64,000 nt of DNA from Opitutales bacterium (GCA_965197745.1 CBDANS010000006.1:64001-128000), one strand, 5' to 3'. Numbered from the stretch's first letter, positions 50,051-60,139 are shown. Notes: a model not told the origin generated them from the letters alone. Translations and numbers: made by a program.

Positions 50051-52285
50051 ATGCACGCATTTAAATCACGATTTATCATAATTCTACTCGTATCTTTTCC
50101 GCTTATCCTTCAGGCCATACCTGAAAATCTCGACACTTTTTACGATTTTGAAGAAGCTGATGGTAAAGGGACAATATTTCTCGGTCAACCACCCAATAGT
50201 ATAACGTTAGTTGGTTTCACCCTCCAGTCCGTAGGGAATCCCGCGCTCTATCACTCAGGGTCAAAGGCCATAATGTTGGGGGCAGGACAGGAAGGGACCA
50301 TCATCTTTGAAAGAGGTGTTCAAACACTCCAATTCTATGCAGCTGACACTGGTGGTGGTGGTAGAATCGAACTGAGAGACAGAAATAAGATCGAGTTATC
50401 TCCACAAGGTGTTGTCGAGGGTTTGCCAACCAATATCAGTCCCGGGGCGAATCCGCCGTTGCAAAGTTTCGTCGCTTTCAGCGGGGATATAAATGATTTG
50501 TCAGATCTGAATTTTACGGGCGGGATCAGGGAAATCAAAATTGTGAATGTGTCCGGGCAATTTTCTCTCGACGATCTCGGTTTCTCCTATGTGGTTGGAC
50601 CTCCCAATAATTTCGTCTTCGAGGACTTTCAGGTATTTACACAAAATCCCGTATTCGCTAACCGGGTAAACTTTGATTTAGGGCAATCACCCTTCTCCGC
50701 CAACTTTTCCGGTGGCATTGCCTCGGGCAATGGTGGTTTTAATGCATTTAATCACACTTTACCCGACTTAGCGGGTACTCAAGACCAGGATCCTTATGGG
50801 GCATGGAGAGTAGAGGATATATCTTTTGGGGGGTCTGGTTTAGGTGTTATTACTTTTGAGACACCGGCCGCCAAGGTGGAATTCTATGCCGCTGTCTTTA
50901 TTGAAGGAGACGGTGAAATACAGGTTTTTGACACCAACGATAAGCTGCTCACCTCGACAACGAATATCCCACTGAGTATCAGTCATGAATATCTCATCCC
51001 CTTCACATTTTTTTCATTTATTGCTGCAGATTTAGGCGCTCCCGAAGGGATTGGAAAAATTAACTACACCAATGGTCCAGCGACTACGACACAAGGAAAT
51101 GTTCTTCATAATGTCATTGACGACTTTGGCTTTACTTCGGTCGGTGCTCCCGGTAGCGGCGGCGAACCGCCCCCGATAACCGGTCCCTCTATTACCACCC
51201 AGCCCGCGAGCCAGGAAGTGCAGTCGGGTTCGGCTATTGCTTTATCGGTTGTCGCCAGCGGTGATGATCTTACTTACCAGTGGTACACCGGCAACAGCGG
51301 TGACACCACCAGTCCCCTCGCCGGGGCCACCGGCAGCACCTACACCACCGGTGCGCTCACTGCGAATACCAACTTCTGGGTGCAGGTAAGCAATGCCGGA
51401 GGTAGCACTGACAGCGACACCGCCGTCATCACCGTAACCGCCCCCCCGGTGCCACTCGTCCTCGACGGTTCGGGTGATATCGCCGGTGAGGATATCCAGC
51501 ATCCCAATGGGAATGTCTTCGACCAGATCCTCTTAACCGGAGAGTTTGTCCAACTCCAGGCCAAACCGGGACAGATCACCCGCGTTTCCTTCATGGACGA
51601 AACTGAGGACATTGTACAGGTAGAGTTCTCCGGTTCAGGGACCTTTACCGTTACCCTCGACCCGACGACCTTCCTGCCCCCGGCCATTCCCCCGCGCTAC
51701 AACCAGGCAGTAGAGTACGTGACAGGCAAGCCGAGCGTGGTCATCGAAGGAGCGGACGCCAACACCTTCTTCAGCATCTTCACGGTGGGCAAGATCAACG
51801 CCGTGAACCAGGCCCTCTTCCCCGAAGGACAGGAATATGACGCCGAAGCCGACGTCGCCCTGGTGGAAGTGATCAACTCCACGGGAATAGGTGGGATGCA
51901 GTTGTCGAATACTATCTTTTCGGCAAGTACGGGAAAGACTGGCGTGGACGCCCGCGGAGTGCCCATAGCGGTACGCTTAACGGTAGGCGACATCGATGCC
52001 GATGGTGATGCGGTTCCGCATATACTCTTTGCGGATGGATCCTTCACGGTGCCGGCGGGCAACCCCGGAATGCGTATCACCGGAGGTGATTTAGCCCAGA
52101 CCAATGATGCCGCGGTAGTTATCGCCGAGAGTGGATCGACGATCCCCGGGTTTGAGACCTTGATCACTCAGAACAATTTCAAGTCCGACATCACGCCTCA
52201 ACCGACGCAGAGCATTAATGCCACATTCGCCAACGAGGACGGTGACGAGATTACCGTGGCTATTGAAGAGATCACGATCGAGTGA
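50051..52285 (+). CDS. Secreted surface protein, array copy 4
   Basis: N-terminus and Ig domain closest to copy 1; most diverged C-terminal domain. Confidence 0.88.
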   Translation: MHAFKSRFIIILLVSFPLILQAIPENLDTFYDFEEADGKGTIFLGQPPNSITLVGFTLQSVGNPALYHSGSKAIMLGAGQEGTIIFERGVQTLQFYAADTGGGGRIELRDRNKIELSPQGVVEGLPTNISPGANPPLQSFVAFSGDINDLSDLNFTGGIREIKIVNVSGQFSLDDLGFSYVVGPPNNFVFEDFQVFTQNPVFANRVNFDLGQSPFSANFSGGIASGNGGFNAFNHTLPDLAGTQDQDPYGAWRVEDISFGGSGLGVITFETPAAKVEFYAAVFIEGDGEIQVFDTNDKLLTSTTNIPLSISHEYLIPFTFFSFIAADLGAPEGIGKINYTNGPATTTQGNVLHNVIDDFGFTSVGAPGSGGEPPPITGPSITTQPASQEVQSGSAIALSVVASGDDLTYQWYTGNSGDTTSPLAGATGSTYTTGALTANTNFWVQVSNAGGSTDSDTAVITVTAPPVPLVLDGSGDIAGEDIQHPNGNVFDQILLTGEFVQLQAKPGQITRVSFMDETEDIVQVEFSGSGTFTVTLDPTTFLPPAIPPRYNQAVEYVTGKPSVVIEGADANTFFSIFTVGKINAVNQALFPEGQEYDAEADVALVEVINSTGIGGMQLSNTIFSASTGKTGVDARGVPIAVRLTVGDIDADGDAVPHILFADGSFTVPAGNPGMRITGGDLAQTNDAAVVIAESGSTIPGFETLITQNNFKSDITPQPTQSINATFANEDGDEITVAIEEITIE

Positions 52286-52582
52286 TTGGTGATCTATCGA
52301 TCAGTGTTAGGTATTAAGTTTTAAGTTTTAGGTGGAGCGGGACCTGAGACGAGCTCAGTCGAATCGTGTCCCAGCACGCTTCTTTTCTTCTTATAACAAT
52401 CTAAACGAGCTTCAAGCAGCTGTCGGTGAGATCAGTGTTAGCCGCCGTCGTCCCGCGAGTACGGGACTATGGCGTGCCATGGGTGTTAAGTTTTAAGTGT
52501 TAGGTGGAGCGGGCTGTCCCAGCACGCTTCTTTTCTTCTTTTAATAATCTTAACGCGCTGGCAGGTACCCCGCCCCACCATA

Positions 52583-52957
52583 TTGTCATTGCGAGGGAGG
52601 CTATCAGCTGACCGCGGCTACCGAGCGCAGCGACATCTTCCAATCCAGGGGAAGGTCTGTTGCGTGATGAAAGTCCCTTGATGTTAGAGTTTACATTCCG
52701 TCGAGCAATTGTCGATTTTCAATCAGCTTCCCTTTAGCGGCTAGCATTAAGCTACCGACATTCCCCTTGAATGTGAGATGTCCAACCTTCTTACATCGGA
52801 TATCGTAACTCGTAAATCGTATATCGATGCTATTGATATCCGGTATGTGATATCCGAGGTTAGATATTCGAAATATTGAGCTTACTTCAAACATCATATA
52901 TCGTATATCGATGCTGACGAGACCGAAGTCTATGCTCGACATCTTCCATTCCAGGGA
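52583..52957. repeat. Partial TGTCATTGCGA element with decayed internal repeats
   Basis: 52583-52690 aligns by eye with the left part of 59727-59971; CGACATCTTCCATTCCAGGG recurs at 52937. Confidence 0.7.
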
Positions 52958-53066
52958 AATACCCGGGCATGTATTGACAGCCTCCTGGATGGGTTGATAT
53001 CGTGTCGCGATTGCGCACGGAGTGCGCCCGTCCAGAAATATTCGGCAATATTAAATTGTATCAATC

Positions 53067-55883
53067 ATGACCTATAATAAAAAATGGCATCTTGTTCAAA
53101 TTTCACTTAGCGCGCTAGTAGCGATGTTCCTGATTGGCAGTCCCCTATACTCCATGGGCAAAAAGGAGAAAGAAGCCGAAGCCATGGAAGGGCAAGCGGT
53201 TTGGATCCACAACGGATTTGAGGATTTTTCAAAAGGACAATTCGATAATGCGGGGAGCAATCTTTATGTGAATGCCAACGGTGTTATTGAGATGATTAAT
53301 AACCTCGATGTAAATAGTGACGGTTATGTAGACCTCGTCCTGGCAAATTCACACGATAGAATTGAACGCGGTCCCACCTGGGCGTATTCAACCGGTCAGG
53401 GGCCGGGTGAAAATTGGAAGCGACACGAGATGTCCGCGGATAGCGGATGGATGAGCCGGGTCATCGATGTGGATGGTGACGGACACAACGACCTGGTGAC
53501 CGTGAACTCTCAGAACGGAGTCTCTTCGGAATTGGACTCATACATTTATTGGGGAGGTCCTGAGGGACTGGAAGCGAGCAGAACGGACCTCCCGACGATT
53601 GGAGCTTTCGATGTCGCGCCACTTGATATTAACAGCGATGGAAAACTCGACTTACTCTTCCCCTCCGCGTGGGTAGACGGACACAATCCGGCAATACCAC
53701 GATTAGCTCACGTCTATATTCAAGGAGAAGACCGAGCATTTAAAGATGAGGGAAAGCGCTATGGAATGATCGCGACAGGGGCCTTAGGCATCGCGACCGG
53801 GGATTTGAACAACGATGAGTATGCGGATATTGTTTTGGCCAGTTACCGTGTAGGTCAAAGTAATTTAAATACGGAGTCTTTAATTTTCTGGGGAACAGAG
53901 GAGGGAGTTAATGCCTACGATCCTTTCACTTTACCTACTTACGGAGCACGCCAGGTTATACTTGAGGACCTGAACCAGGACGGGAGCAACGACCTGATGT
54001 TCTGCGGTAGCGCTCAAGTTCGCGTCTATTGGAATAAAGGAGGAAACATTGATAGTGAGAACCCCGTCATTATTGAGGGGAAAGGTCAATCTGCAGAATT
54101 CAGCAGTAGCGTTATTCGCGCTGATATTGCCGATGTAGATGCTAATGGCTTTCCGGACCTGCTTATTGCCACCTCAGATGGCGTGCAGATCCGCTCGGGA
54201 GATAACATGGAGGAGATGAAAACATTGATTGAAGTAAAAAACTCTCGGTGGGTAACGGCCGCTGATCTCGATGGGGATAGTTTACCTGAACTGATCATCA
54301 GTAAGCACTCTGACGGGAATGAATACGATATCCAGTCACCTGTCTACTGGAATGGACCGGACGGGTATTCTGACGATCGAACGAGTTGGGTGCAAACGAT
54401 AGGGGTCATAGGTAACACCGCCGGGGACCTGGATGGAGACGGGAAGCCGGAAGTGATCTTCAATAACGTCATCGACGGGCATGTGAGTAGCATACCCTCT
54501 TATGTGTATCTCGGTAACGAAAAGGCAGATTACAATGAGGATAATCGACTCGAATTTCAAACTGTACATAGCATGATAGCTCTCGTTGCCGATTTGAATA
54601 GCGATGGGTATCCCGAAGTTGTTTTTACCACTCCGGATGGATTTCGCATATTCAGCGGTGGAGCGAAAGGACCGTTATAGAATGAATATAGCGATTTTAA
54701 TAATGATTTTGAATTAGGTGAACTGCAGGCAGTCGATTTTAATCGGGATGGCTATCTTGATATTCTTGCGGTTGCCTTTGGTTCCAGTCTTGGTGAGAAT
54801 GACAGCGATAATACTTCTTCCCTATTTTATGGTTCACCCAGCGGATTTTCCATGGAGAGAACCGATTCAGATTCACTATACAATAGAGGGGACCGGGGTG
54901 TCGTCGGTGATGTCAATAACGATGGCTATATTGATATCGTATTTCACGATAAACGGAACTTCATACGCATTTATCTCGGAAACGCTGAAGGGTTTTCCCA
55001 GGACCGGAAATGGGAAATACCCTGTCACGGCCTGGAAGATTCAGCAGCTTTAAATATGGCAGATATTAACAGTGACGGATGGCTGGATATAATTGTCGGC
55101 ATCCTTGGCCACCGCAGACGTCATAAAGACACATTGCGTATTCATTATGGAAGTCCGGAAGGCTATCAGGATGATAACATTCAGGAATTGTTGTCTGGAT
55201 ACAGCGCAATATTTACAGGAGTCGCGGACTACAATAACGACGGCAACCTCGATATCCTGGTCACCGCCTATGCTGACCCGACTTCGAGAACACCGCCGGC
55301 ACAGTTGTTTTACGGGGACGGTAAAAGGATTGATTTTGACCATCCTGTCAATCTTCCCGGTTATGCCGCCGGCGCGGTGACCCAGGCAGATTTGAATCGT
55401 GACGGATGGATAGATATCGCCCTGGCCTGTCATCGCAACGATATTGGACACCAGGTCGATTCATTGATTTACTGGAATAGCCCCGACGGGTTTGACAGGA
55501 ATGAAGTATCCCGTTTCCCCGGTCTCGGCCCCCACGGGATGACAGGTTTCGATCGGGGAAATGCATTCACCCGGAAGCCTGAAGAGAACTATGTATCCCC
55601 ACCCTATGCGTTGGGGGATCGAAAAGCGCGCCGCATCCATTGGGACAGTAAAGAGACAGAACTTCTGAAAATAAAATTCCAGCTTCGATGGAGCGAATCG
55701 GAAGCAGGTCTTGATGATGCTGCCTGGATGGGCCCGACCGGGACCGCGTCTTATTATGAAACCTCCAGTGAAACGATTGAGGGAATACCGAATGACGCCC
55801 GGTGGTTGCAATACAAAGCAACACTTATTTCAACTTATGGGTGTGGTTCACCTAAACTGAATGAAGTTCGGATCGACCTCTGA
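53067..55883 (+). pseudogene. Secreted FG-GAP/VCBS repeat protein interrupted by one in-frame TAG (54678-54680)
   Basis: Many D.N.DG..D repeats; the frame stays open after the TAG and runs into ORF 54852..55883. Confidence 0.8.
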
Positions 55884-55988
55884 TCCAAGGTTGATTTTTT
55901 TTGATTCTTCATCGTAGGATAGTTCGAGCAGTTCAATATTTATATTGCGATTATTTTATAAAATTCCTCAATTACGGCCAGGAGAACG

Positions 55989-57107
55989 ATGAATTTTTGG
56001 ACAGAGATTAATGAGATAAAATTTGCCGAAAACGAACTTTGGCGCATTGGTCTCCTTTTTTTAGTCCTCCTGCTCGCGCTTATTATTGGGCGTATTACTA
56101 AAAGCATTCTGACAAAATATGCGCTGGTGTTCGAAAATCAGGAAAGACTGATGGGAGCGGCCGCGCTCAATGCTTTAGCGCGCACGGTAATTCTACTCTC
56201 GGCGGCAATTGGTGTTTCTATCGGTGTTAAATTGTTAGTCCTCAGCGAAGGGCTGGAAGATATTTTAGTTACGATAACAGACCTGTTGCTTGTTATCTCC
56301 GTCGGGACTGCTGTTTATTGGCTGGTGGATGTTCCCCACGCATGGCTGACTTACATGACCAAAAAAAGTCAAAGCAAGCTGGATGATATGCTTGTCCCTA
56401 TAGTACGCAAAAGCCTGCGCATTACTATAGTCCTGGTGGTCTTAGTCCAGGTGGCACAAATCCTGAGTGATAAACCTGTAACATCTATTATTGCGGGTTT
56501 AGGCATTGGAAGTTTGGCCATTGCCTTAGCTGCGCAGGATTCTATTAAAAACTTTTTCGGATCGCTTATTATTTTCACCGATAAACCGTTCGAACTGGGT
56601 GACAGGATTAAAGTGGATGGTCATGACGGACCCGTCGAAGATGTGGGGTTGCGCTCGACTAAAATCAGAAACCTGCAAGGTCATTTAGTTACTATCCCCA
56701 ACGGGGAACTGGCGAATAAATCAATTCAGAATATTGGTAAGCGTCCTTTTATCCGTCGTATTGCCAATATCACCATCACCTATGATACATCCTCGGAAAA
56801 AGTGGATCGCGCGCTGGAAATACTTAAAGAATTACTCAAAGACCACGAAGGGATGAAAGAAGATTTTCCGGCCCGTGTTTTCTTTAATGAATTTAACGAT
56901 GCCTCTTTAAATATCCTTGTCATTTACTGGTATCATCCCCCCGATTACTTTGACTATCTTGCTTTTACCGAGAAATTTAACAAAGAGGTATTTCGTCGCT
57001 TTAATGATGAGGGTATCGAATTTGCCTTTCCCACGCAGACCCTATATCTCGCCGGCGATCCTGCACGGCCGCTCAACGTGGGCGTGCAACAGGATGACGC
57101 GAATTAA
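55989..57107 (+). CDS. mscS: Small-conductance mechanosensitive channel family protein
   Basis: AGLGIG.LAIALAAQD, DKPF..GD.I, G.VE.VGLRST.IR, TIPN, IEFAFPT. Confidence 0.92.
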   Translation: MNFWTEINEIKFAENELWRIGLLFLVLLLALIIGRITKSILTKYALVFENQERLMGAAALNALARTVILLSAAIGVSIGVKLLVLSEGLEDILVTITDLLLVISVGTAVYWLVDVPHAWLTYMTKKSQSKLDDMLVPIVRKSLRITIVLVVLVQVAQILSDKPVTSIIAGLGIGSLAIALAAQDSIKNFFGSLIIFTDKPFELGDRIKVDGHDGPVEDVGLRSTKIRNLQGHLVTIPNGELANKSIQNIGKRPFIRRIANITITYDTSSEKVDRALEILKELLKDHEGMKEDFPARVFFNEFNDASLNILVIYWYHPPDYFDYLAFTEKFNKEVFRRFNDEGIEFAFPTQTLYLAGDPARPLNVGVQQDDAN

Positions 57108-57197
57108 ATGGAGAGTATTTCCCCTTCCGTCTTTAATAAAAGTGTCACTTCCTACCAGGACTACGCTCTTTTCTGGATCTTTGCCCCTGCGGTAATT

Positions 57198-57734
57198 TTA
57201 TCGGTCAGCGGTCTCCTCGCGGAAAATCTTAAAACCGCGCGCTTCATAGTTCTGTAATGCTCTTGGGTGATCAAGGGAGTCAGTGTGTAACCAGACTCGC
57301 GATGCACCCTCCCACGCCCAGGCAGATTTTACAGCGTGTGATAACAGGACCCCACCATATCCCTTGCCTATAAATTGCGGCGTAAGGCCAAATGCCAGGA
57401 TTTCCACGTCCGATTGGTTCTGACAGAGTTCATAGTAACCGGCTACCGAACCTTTGCAGTAGGCCATCCATGTTCTATGATTTTCACTTTCAACTAAAGT
57501 TTTCCACTGACTGTCAGACCACGAGAGCTTGCTTTTCCATTCCCAGTCTTCACCAACGAACAGGTAAAGAAATTTATTAATTTGAAACTGCGCAACATCA
57601 CATTCACCGACAATTAATTCCTGCGATTCACTTTTTTCCCTCAGCCATGAGGATGACAGCATTTCCAGGTAATACGTCGTTACCTTTTCCTTTCCGCCAT
57701 TCACATTTCTGATATCATAATGATTAGGTAACAT
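57198..57734 (-). CDS. GNAT acetyltransferase
   Basis: FGL.P.FIGKGYG..LL, RVWLHT.SLDHP.AL.NY..RGF. Confidence 0.9.
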   Translation of the reverse strand: MLPNHYDIRNVNGGKEKVTTYYLEMLSSSWLREKSESQELIVGECDVAQFQINKFLYLFVGEDWEWKSKLSWSDSQWKTLVESENHRTWMAYCKGSVAGYYELCQNQSDVEILAFGLTPQFIGKGYGGVLLSHAVKSAWAWEGASRVWLHTDSLDHPRALQNYEARGFKIFREETADR

Positions 57735-57848
57735 ACTGATCAGTCACTCTTCAGCACAACACAATTTATAGGATAACATAGGGAGAAAAGTCACACTAGT
57801 CATAAAATCCCTGGAAAGTGAGCGATTTTAAAGTATTGAACGCACCCA

Positions 57849-58116
57849 TTGTCATTGCGAAGGAGGCGTAGCCGACTGTGGCTACCGAAGGGTTTAACCC
57901 GACATCTTCCACTCCAGGCGAATAGACATTGTGCGTACGAATGCCAGTCTCCGATTAGATCTTTATAATGAGGGTTTGTTTCTTCAATTAAGGCAATTAT
58001 TCAGCTGAGAATAAACACTTACATCCAAGGAACTAGATCGCGCAACCGACATTCCCCTGGAATGGAAGATGTCGCTTCGCTCTGTAGCCGCGTCGCGTTG
58101 CTCCTCGCAATGACAA
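57849..58116 (-). mobile_element. ~270-bp MITE/REPtron-like element with TTGTCATTGCGA...TCGCAATGACAA termini
   Basis: Terminal inverted repeats; reverse complement aligns along its length with 59727-59971. Confidence 0.75.
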
Positions 58117-58217
58117 AAAAGGAAATTAACCAACAACCACTGAAAAGGAAAGGGTTGTATTTTTTTACCTCCTACGTGGGAGATTAAATCAATTATACTA
58201 GTGCAGAATATTCAAAT

Positions 58218-58439
58218 TTACTGAATGAATTTCTAAACGCGCATGCCATGATGGACATCAACCACGTAGACGACACCGTCTTCACCGAGTGCGTCATTTT
58301 CAGGCAGCTGCGGCCAACCGTGCACCACTTTATAACTTTCATGATGCGCACCCATGACCGCTGCTATGGGGAATAGATTTAAAGCAAATGCCTTTAAATA
58401 ATATCCGAGGTTATAATGATCCAGGCTGCATGTTTTCAT
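58218..58439 (-). pseudogene. Internally deleted NHL-repeat (PAM/PAL-like) gene remnant
   Basis: YKVVHGWPQLPE..ALG joined directly to EDGVVYVVDV..GMRV*KFIQ. Confidence 0.6.
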
Positions 58440-58574
58440 TATAATCCTTTTCTTATACTAAATGGACTAAAGCAAGGTCTGACTCCTGATGACTATGCCT
58501 TTGTCCTGCTGAAGTTTTACTCTCTTTTAAATTTATTGTGCATGTGAGCCATAATTATATAGAAAACCATCACT

Positions 58575-58976
58575 ATGGATATGCTCAATAGTCTTGCTGA
58601 CTCACTGACCCATAAATGGACAGGAATTTATATTCGCGTTTTGGCTGTCATCCTGGCCTACGGTGCCATAATGCACGTCGGGAATATACTTGGGTGGACG
58701 GGTAAACCCTGGATGGACACTCCCCTGCACTGGCGGACGATGGATATAGTGCTGCTTCTTTTTAATATAGTAGTGGGTGTTGGATTGTGGATAAAAGCTC
58801 CGTGGGCTGTGGTTGTATTTCTAATTGGGATCATCGTTCTGCAGATAGTTCCCTACACATTATTCCGCTCGCATTTTGCAGAATCACCCGATCAGGTAAA
58901 AACCCTGAATGGCCTTGTTATAACATGGGTGCTCTTATTGGGAACACTTTTTGTTCTATTTTCGTTGAAGAAGTAA
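58575..58976 (+). CDS. Small multi-TM membrane protein
   Basis: 133 aa with about four hydrophobic segments. Confidence 0.75.
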   Translation: MDMLNSLADSLTHKWTGIYIRVLAVILAYGAIMHVGNILGWTGKPWMDTPLHWRTMDIVLLLFNIVVGVGLWIKAPWAVVVFLIGIIVLQIVPYTLFRSHFAESPDQVKTLNGLVITWVLLLGTLFVLFSLKK

Positions 58977-59006
58977 TGACGGCTTTTTAACGCTTTGGGT
59001 TACGCT

Positions 59007-59651
59007 ATGCTGCGCCGACGCTCCATTCGACTCATCCTCATCGGGTCAGTAGGAATCTTTCTCTTCCTTTCGCTTGTTCTCTACCGAATTGCCCAACTCC
59101 CCGAGCCGGCTCCCGAAACGATGCAGGTGTCCGGAATGCAGATCATCCGTGATGAGCTGGAGAAAATGCGGGAGTCTTCGTTTGGAAGATCACCACGAGG
59201 CACGATACTCTGTGACAGGGTGGAGAATTTCCTCGAAGAGGGACGCATCATTTTCAGCTCCCAACTCGGAGGTCCACGCGGTGTGTGGCACCAGAGTATC
59301 CTCGGGAAAGAAAAGATTTATGTCAGGATTCTCGAAAACAACAACGACTACTTTATTCACCAGTTGCCCTACCAGATGATGGAGGCAATTTTTCATGAAG
59401 CCGTGCATTCCGCCCATGGCAGGTTTCACCGCAACAGTATCGAGGAAGAATGCGATGCCTTTGTCGCGGGCATGACTGTCGAGGCACTGATTAAGGGTAA
59501 ATCGGTGCCCGACGTGTTTATGATCGATGGCAAAACTTTGGGGGACTACCTTCTTGCCGCGTATTCGGATCTTCCAAGAAATCCTGACTATCGCCCCATC
59601 GGCATTACCCTGGAGGAAATCTACCGGCGTTCGAACATCGAGCGTCCGTAG
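59007..59651 (+). CDS. Membrane-anchored HExxH protein (zincin-like)
   Basis: N-terminal TM; IFHEAVH followed by EEECDAF. Confidence 0.65.
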   Translation: MLRRRSIRLILIGSVGIFLFLSLVLYRIAQLPEPAPETMQVSGMQIIRDELEKMRESSFGRSPRGTILCDRVENFLEEGRIIFSSQLGGPRGVWHQSILGKEKIYVRILENNNDYFIHQLPYQMMEAIFHEAVHSAHGRFHRNSIEEECDAFVAGMTVEALIKGKSVPDVFMIDGKTLGDYLLAAYSDLPRNPDYRPIGITLEEIYRRSNIERP

Positions 59652-59726
59652 TGTGTGCGAATACGCGTGAATGCGGATTGGTCCTAACGGATATTATAAG
59701 TAATACTCATTTTCGCAATTCTCCTG

Positions 59727-59971
59727 TCGTCATTGCGAGGAGCAACGCGACGCGGCTACCGAGCGAAGCGACATCTTCCATTCCAAGGGAGTGTCTATTG
59801 CGTAATGTAGGTCCCTGGATGTAAGGGACTACTCTCAGCTAAACGAATGCCTTTACTGATGAGATGAATCCTAATTGGAAAGATCCGAGCTGAGACTGGC
59901 ATTAGTAAGCACAATGTCTATTTGCCTGGATTGCTTCGTCACCCGCGACTGCGGGATCCTCGCAATGACAA
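59727..59971 (+). mobile_element. ~245-bp MITE/REPtron-like element, inverted copy of 57849-58116
   Basis: CGTCATTGCGAGGAGCAACGCGACGCGGC...CCTCGCAATGACAA. Confidence 0.75.
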
Positions 59972-60139
59972 ATGAGAAAATTAACTCAATTACTATTAAA
60001 TTTCACCAATGTAGTAAGATAGCATGTGATCACTGTTCACTGATTGCTTTCTAGCCATCCTGCATCCCGCATCCTGCATCCTTAATCATACACCCAATCT
60101 GCAATCGGCATTCCAAAATCGTAAATTGATTACCCTACC

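Noticed and set aside
43552..52167. Recurrent antisense ORFs (MKLFWVIRVSNP..., MAGGRKV...)
   Set aside because: They recur only because the sense-strand genes are duplicated
42098..52285. Diversity-generating retroelement or shufflon
   Set aside because: No reverse transcriptase or recombinase in the window; variation is N-terminal, includes indels and does not look adenine-specific; all copies are co-oriented
52691..52942. 83-aa minus-strand ORF
   Set aside because: Lies in decayed repeat DNA
54678..54680. Genome-wide TAG reassignment or pyrrolysine
   Set aside because: TAG terminates several intact genes in this window; no pyl genes seen
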